Shown: one piece after another, positions 57,237 to 64,000 of the stretch
Layout of the letters: each line of letters starts with the position of its first letter
How positions within the stretch are numbered: position 1 is the first letter of the stretch
NCBI RefSeq assembly: GCF_009914755.1
Contig: NC_060937.1
Direction: 5' to 3' (one strand)
From: the human T2T-CHM13v2.0 reference genome, Homo sapiens
Length of the DNA: 64,000 bases
Translations under genes and position numbers: made by a program
The notes under the pieces: generated by a model
Told to the model about the DNA's origin: nothing
What the model saw: the letters and a program-made list of their open reading frames with translations, nothing else
Databases searched by the model: none

Positions 57237-57971
57237 TTGAAGAAAGAATTGTACATTGGGATATATTGTATATTGGGATAGCTTGTGACAAAGTGCATGA
57301 TACATTTGTGGATAAAAACTGGATGCAAAGGGACCAGGAAGAAATTGATCACTATATAAGGGCAACTGAAGAAGGCATAGTGGATCTGACAGTGTAAAGA
57401 AGGAACAATGTAAATGTTGTAATTAACAGAACATGTCATAGGAGGAGAAGAAAGAAGTAGAAGAGAGGAGGATGATATTGGGAATCTCAGGTAACTTGAT
57501 TCACAAAGGCAAGATGAAATTGGGATATGAAGGCAATAGAATGTTTATGAACAATTACTTTATTTGTATATTTCTCAAACATCGATAATACAAATTAATT
57601 TTATGTCAAAAATTATCCAGGATTTTAAAAGTAACTTATTGATGTTTTTCATGCATCCAAAAATATTAAACTCCCTCAAATATTTTGTAAATATGAATTT
57701 AAGCCATATTGTAAGTTATTATAATTTATGAGATAAAATATTCATATACTGATTGTCTTAAATAATATTTAAATTCATATAGACTAAAGTAACTTTTACA
57801 AGTCTTATTTTACATCCTAGTTATACATTTCTTCAAATTAAATGTTTAATAAGAAAAATTCCGAAGTTGAAAATTATGAGTTTTAGATAAGATTTGATAC
57901 ATTAATACTAATTCTGTTTCAATTTGCCTTATGGTGGCATATTTCAATTAAATCTATTTCAAGGACCAACA

Positions 57972-58918
57972 TGAGGCTGTGGAGAAAAGGGAACCCTAGC
58001 ACACTTTTGGTGGGGCTGTAGAGTTGTACAGTCATTATGAAGGAGTATAGAACTTACTAAAGACATTAGTAACTACCATACCGAAGACATAGAACTACCA
58101 TATACATACCAATCCCCCTTTTGGGTCTATATCAAAAGGAGATATTCACCACTGTTTAAAGATATCTGCTCTCCCATGTTTATTGCAGCATTATTCACAA
58201 TACCCAAGATATGAGAACAACCTGAATGTTCATGGACAAGTGAATGGATAAAGAAAATATGGGGTGTGTGCATGTATGTGTACACCTACAGGAAATGAAA
58301 GGAAATATTATGTGAAATTATTATTATATGAATTATTATGTGTACATCTATAGGAAATGAAATGAATTATTTTTATGTGTACACCTATAAGAAATGAAAT
58401 ATGGGGTGTGTGTATGTGTACAACTATAGGAAATGAAATGAAATATTATTCAGCCTTAAAAAAGGACATCTTGCCATAACATGGATGGACCTGGAGGACA
58501 TCATGGTAAGCAAAATAAGACAGACATAGCAAGAAAAATATTACATAATCTCACTTGCATATGGAATGAAAATAAATGGAGCTCAAATACACAGCCATAG
58601 AGAATGAAGAAGTGGTTCCAACGGGTGAGAGCACAGGAAAGAAAATGGAGAGACGTTGATAAAATGATACAAAATAGCAAATATGCAGGAGGAACACGTC
58701 TAGAGAGCCAATGTATAACATGAGGACTCAAGTTAATAAAACCGCATTGTATTACACTAGAGATTTTTTAAAAGATTTTTCCTGCTCTTATTATAAACAA
58801 AACCATGTGAGATGATAGATATGTTAATTTGCTTCACGTAATAACCATTTTCCTATCTGTATATATCTCATATGTTGTAAACCTCAAACATACACTATTT
58901 ATTTTTTATAAAAAAAAA
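57972..58918 (+). mobile_element. L1MA4-MA5-like 3' end with an internal tandem expansion
   Basis: gaggctgtggagaaaagggaaccc...cccatgtttattgcagcattattcacaata...atgtgagatgatagatatgttaatttgcttcac, then poly(A). Confidence 0.88.
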
Positions 58919-59829
58919 GACATCTATATATGGAAGAAGGAAGGGTTAAGAGGTGTAATTTTCTTTTCCATTTATGGCTATGTGAAGGCTGATCTCACCA
59001 CTAGCTGAAGATGTTCTGTAAATAATAAATAATAAACTACATTGACATATTTTTGTTTATGCATTTGTTGTTGTTGTTGTTGTGTTTGGATTTAGTTCAT
59101 TATAATTTTTACCTGATGACTCTTCTTTATTTGGTGTAAGTTTCAGATAAAATAATCACTATTTCAAGTTATTCTAGTGCTCACCTGATCTTTGTTAACC
59201 AGAAGGAAAAAAATCTTAAGAAAACAAAAACCTGTATAGTTAGCATAGTTGAACTTAAAAGAAGAAAGGGAGATGTTCAAAGGAGATAGAGAGAGGAAGA
59301 TTTCTCAGTAACATGATTACAATCAAGTATATAGTTTTCAGTGATATGATTGCAATCCAAGACATAGTTCTCCACTTCTCATTATCAATTGATTAGGAGA
59401 CCCAGATTTGATCAGGCTTTTTAAAATGAATGAAGTGGAATATAAGAACTTTTGACTCTATGAATCTAAATGTCAATGCATTTTACTTTTCAGTAATCAG
59501 AATAGTAGTACCTGTTAATGAAATCACATTCTTCCAATTGTACAAAAAAAAAAAAACAAGTTCCATTTGCAGAAGCTATGAAGCACTGAACCAAGAAACA
59601 ATAATCTGCTGACATTTGGGGACACAGCAAATGTGACACTACATTCACAGTAGTGTGCCTCTCAGGAAACAATAATTTTCTGTTTCTCAAACTAGGTGGT
59701 TAAATGGCTATATACACTTTGAGAAATATCCACTTATTAAGTAGGGCACTTTTTTGTGCTTTTATACGTCAATGAAATGTTTTCTTAAAAATCAATTTGA
59801 TAATAAATCTTTGGGAACACCCAGTGAAC

Positions 59830-60035
59830 ATAACCATAATGATGACAGTTACTACCTGTAAGTTCTGCACTAGGAACACTGCATAACTTAATTTATTTAA
59901 CCCTTATAATAAGCCTGTGAATAAGTGCCAATTGTTAGTCAGTTTTATGTGCAAGGAAACTGATGCACAGACAGATTATAGAACTTGCTGAGATCATAGA
60001 TAAAGTGAGTGAGTTTTTGAACCTGGACTTTGTAC
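59830..60035 (-). mobile_element. MIR
   Basis: atttatttaacccttataataagcctgtga...ttttatgtgcaaggaaactgatgcacaga...aacttgctgagatcata...tttgaacctgg. Confidence 0.75.
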
Positions 60036-60681
60036 CTTGGGACAGTCAGTGCTATGTTCCTTTACATGTAATGATAGAATGTTTTTCCTTCCTAAATAAA
60101 TATCCTTGCCTTTCAGTTAGAGCAAGTTTATTAGAGTAAGCCTATTATAATAGTAAGTCTGAAATATTACTGTATAGTAATATTATAAAATATTTTATAT
60201 GTATTGAGTACAAGCAGACTCCCTGTCTTTGGTTGATATGATTATGTTTGAGGTAGGCAATCATTCAATTATTGTGGATTATATACTTTAATCATGCTTC
60301 AGGAACCCTTTCTGAGATAAAACTTTCTTCCTATTGATTGAATTCCACAAATAGACTCTTAATTATAAATATCAAGATTGTTAATATTTCTTATTTCCAG
60401 AACAGAGAACTTTGTAATCCAACATCTTTTCCTTTCAATTTACTTTTCATTTCATGAAAATCATGCAAAACTTTTTCTTCCATTTCAAGAAAAATCATGC
60501 AAAACTTTTCCTTTCTCACTGGTGTTTCACAATATATACACCTCAGTCAGTTATAACTCATATAAATCTTTTTTACTAATACAAATATATCCTCTTTAAA
60601 TTTATTCTGATATTTCTTATATTTTGCTCTGCTAAATATATATATATTTATCTAATATTTATTTCTTATATTTTGGTCTGC

Positions 60682-60691
60682 TATATATATA

Positions 60692-60741
<50 letters not shown>
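60682..60741. repeat. (TA)n(TG)n(TA)n compound microsatellite
   Basis: Seen directly in the sequence. Confidence 0.95.
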
Positions 60742-60743
<2 letters not shown>

Positions 60744-60778
60744 GGTTATAGGTATTATTAGAATATTGAGCTTTTCTT

Positions 60779-61161
60779 ATGTGGTACATATACACCATGG
60801 AATACTATGCAGCCATAAAAAAGGATGAGTTCATGTCCTTTGCAGGGACATGGATGAAGCTGGAAACTATCATTCTCAGCAAACTAACACAGGAACAGAA
60901 TAAACAAACACCATATGTTCTCACTTATAAGTGGGAGTTGAACAATGAGAACACATGGACACAGGGAGGGGAACATCACACACCAGGGCCTGTCTGGAAG
61001 TGAGGGGCTAGGGGAGGGATAACATTAGGAGAAATACCTAATATAGATGACGTGTTGATGGGTGGAGCAAATCATCATGGCACGTTTATACCTATGTAAC
61101 AAACCTGCACATTCTGCACATGTATCCCAGAACTTAAAGTATAAAAATAAAAATAAAAACA
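60779..61161 (+). mobile_element. L1PA7-like 5'-truncated 3' end with a 19-bp TSD
   Basis: ORF2 C-terminus (MWYIYTMEYYAAIKKDEFMSFAGTWMKLETIILSKLTQEQ) plus 3' UTR; TSD agaatattgagc(t/c)tttctt at 60760-60778 and 61162-61180. Confidence 0.95.
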
Positions 61162-61499
61162 AGAATATTGAGCCTTTCTTTAACTCTTTCCATTGCAAAG
61201 TTCAGTAGGTCAGGGTCAGATATTCAATCATCATGTATCAGTAACATGAAAACTGGCTTTATACTGTTAAACTGAATTAATTACCCTTATCTTTGTCATA
61301 AAACAACTCCTACATTTTTGCTTCTGTTTTGCCAAACTAGGGACTTGATCATGAAACTTCTTTGTTCCCCTCCATTTGGGTATGAAATCCTTCTCCTTAC
61401 TCTGAAATTCTTAACCTTATTTCAAAAGGACATATTCTACCTGAAGACAGCTCTGAGATAGCTCTGTTTCCCAAGTATTCTTTGTTTACCACTAGAGAT

Positions 61500-62300
61500 C
61501 AATGCTATAATCTGCCCCACTTTGCTCTCTACTCTGAGAGTCTGAAACATAGGCCCTAAATCAATGGACTGTCTTGTCCTGTGGTTTCCACAAAGGAGCC
61601 CCAGCAAGAAATTGAAGAAAGGAACAAATGTGGATTTGAGACATTTATCTGCCTGCTTTACTTCTGGTGGACTTTTCTTTTACTGAAGATCTCTGCTCCT
61701 TCAAATAATTCTGGAATTATCTTAATTGGAGAGTGTCATCTGTTCCCTTATTAGTCACTGACTGACAAAGTAATTAGTACTTATAAAGTCTCTGGAAAAT
61801 AGATCCACAAAGTGGGGATCTGGGGTTGGATTGCTTACATATTAAGAATTCCTAAGATAAATCATTTCCTAAGAGGAAATGAAAAATGGGTAATCCATGG
61901 CATTTGCAGGCATCACAAATGGTCAAATGATCACTATTTCTGGCACAGAATATATCAAAGATTGAAGGGAAGGCATTGAGGGAGCAACTGTCTGTAGCAT
62001 GTATTTGTGAAGAAAATAGTGGTGATTATTTTCCATTTTCTTCAGGTAAGAGAGTATTCCCTGGATAAATAAAATATTTGATCTATGACTCTGTATTCCT
62101 TGAATCTAGGAAAAAATTCAGGTCAGATTATTGTTTTGAGGATCTGCTTCATATGACCTTTCCTAATAACAATTACCCTATCACTCACTGTCCCAGTAAC
62201 AAATAGATGGCATGTTACCCCTTAAATCTCCTGGAATCATAAGCCTCCTGGAAATACACTATCATATATATGAAGTCACCTGGCTTCTTCTAATATCCTT
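61500..62300 (+). mobile_element. LTR16-type ERVL LTR (to ~61770) followed by ERV3-16A3-like internal sequence
   Basis: gagagtgtcatctgttcccttattagtcactgactgaca (LTR16 end), then gtaattagtac...ggaaaatagatccacaaagtggggatctgggg. Confidence 0.6.
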
Positions 62301-62669
62301 GAAGTTATATATTAAAAGTGGCAAAATACATTTTCTAAAGACATGCCATCAATCCCATTCTAACAACTAGAAACAAAAACACACATTTTGTACACATTAC
62401 TTTTAAGAAGATGGACAAATGGTGGATGCAAAAAAGACTGAATTAACTAAGACTCCAGATGAGCCTTTTATTAGGTGAGCTGAATCTTCATGTACTCATA
62501 AATCAATTTTTAATAAAATAACCCACAATTTTTTGTCTTTCCAACTTACCTTTATCTCATAATATGCAATCATCAGTCACTACACCTTTGAATCCATATT
62601 TCAGTATGCATCTCTGAAATATAAGAGCGCTCTTGTTCAAATGTAACCATAATGCCTTTAGTGTCAAAA

Positions 62670-63340
62670 AATGACACTAAAAAAGTTGGAAATGTACATC
62701 TACACAAACTGCACATAGTTTTTTATATTAGCTTTAGTCATAATTGCCAAAATGTGGAAGCAACCAATGTCTACATGTTCTTTCATAGATAAATGGATAA
62801 ACTGTGATATGTTCAGACAACAGAATATTATTCAGCACTAACAAAAATTTATTTATCAAGCCATTAAAAGACATGGAAAAACTTCAATGCATTTTACTAA
62901 ATTGAAAAATACCAATCTGAAAAGAATACCTACTATATGTTTCTACTATGTGAAATCCTGCAAAACTATGGAGATAGTAAAAAAAGAAGTTGTTGGGGTA
63001 TAGTGAGGAAGAAGTTATGAATAAGTGGAGCACAGATGATATTTAGGGAAGTACAAACACTATGTATGATATGGATCATATAACGGTGGATACATGTCAT
63101 TATACGTTTGTCCAATCCCATAATATGAAAAACACCTAGAGTGATCCATAATGTAAACTAAGAACTTAGATGAAAATGACAGATTCATCAACTGTAACAA
63201 ATGTACTACTCTGGTGGAGGACATTATAACAAAATAAATTATGCATGTGTTGGGGAAAGGGATATATATGCAATCTCTGAATCTTCTGCTCAATTTTTCT
63301 GTAACCAAAAACTTTTAAGAAATAAAGTCTATTTTAAAAA
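62670..63340 (+). mobile_element. L1MC1/MC2-like 3' end
   Basis: ggatacatgtcattatacgtttgtccaatccca...ttcatcaactgtaacaaatgtactactctggtgg...aataaagtctattttaaaaa. Confidence 0.85.
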
Positions 63341-63563
63341 TTACTTTTTAAAAAGCTACATAAGCCAGCAGGATAAGGATAGAATTGGGGCATGAATAAA
63401 AAGGCGCTTGGCTGTTTCTGAAATGTTTATTTCTTACATAATAAAATGATTGAAATTGAACACAAAAAGCTTAGTTTAAATTTTAGGTGGTGAAAATATG
63501 GGTGCTGTTTATATTACTTTTATTCTTCTAATACTCTAAAAGACTACAGCATTAAAATAAACA

Positions 63564-64000
63564 TGTGATTGTATGATATATGTCATATATATGTATATAT
63601 GTATACATGCACACACACACAGTTTTTCAGTTTCTGGCTCATAATTCCCACAGTCCTTGCTTGTTACAGTCTTCTGTTATAATGCTGGGGCATTTTAGGC
63701 CTCTGGGGCAGACCTCAGCAAAGAGAATCAACCTCTCTCTCTCTCTCTGACCTATCTTCCTTTTACTTGCCCAAGACAGGAATCTAATTGTGACTCAAAA
63801 GACCCTAATTCCAGAGAGGGTCCTGTCCTATTCCTGGAGAAAGGGATGCTGCACCCAGAGTCCAAGAAGAATCTGATCGGACAGGCCCTGTCAGGTTTTC
63901 CCACTCACTCTATTAGTATGCAATTATATTCTTTTCACCCAATCACATTTCTACTTGGTTGTGAATCATGCCCAAGTAACAAAGTTTCCATAAAAACCCA
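63564..64000 (+). mobile_element. MER21A/MER4-group LTR, truncated by the window end
   Basis: tggctcataattcccacagtccttg..ttacagtc...ccagagagggtcctg...ccaagaagaatctga...ccaatcacatttctac. Confidence 0.7.

Overview
AT-rich, CpG-poor primate genomic DNA, almost certainly human because it carries a near-consensus AluYa5-lineage element. I find no supportable protein-coding exon, RNA gene or CpG island, so this is intergenic or deep-intronic sequence. More than half of it is recognisable transposon debris: about 11 Alu or monomer copies, L1 fragments from L1M/L1ME to L1PA, L2, MIR, CR1, a full-length Tigger1, Tigger3a, hAT elements, three MaLR proviruses with LTR-internal-LTR structure, and several solo LTRs. 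Nearly all track ORFs are Alu, L1, Tigger or THE1 read-throughs, microsatellite artefacts or chance frames. The structure not explained by repeats is a set of locus-specific inverted duplications: a 117-bp-arm gap-free hairpin (15565-15857); a ~430-bp-arm inverted duplication that splits an L2 and predates an Alu (22174-23774); a fold-back copy inside an AluJ (57047-57162); and a perfect 22-bp palindrome made of two AP-1 sites beside a 200-bp purine-pyrimidine tract. The THE1 5' LTR keeps a DUX4-type motif, a TATA box and a strong splice donor. Repeat subfamily names come from recalled consensus sequences, not a database search, and boundaries of old elements are approximate. Nothing here proves a new biological system; the inverted duplications are the best leads.
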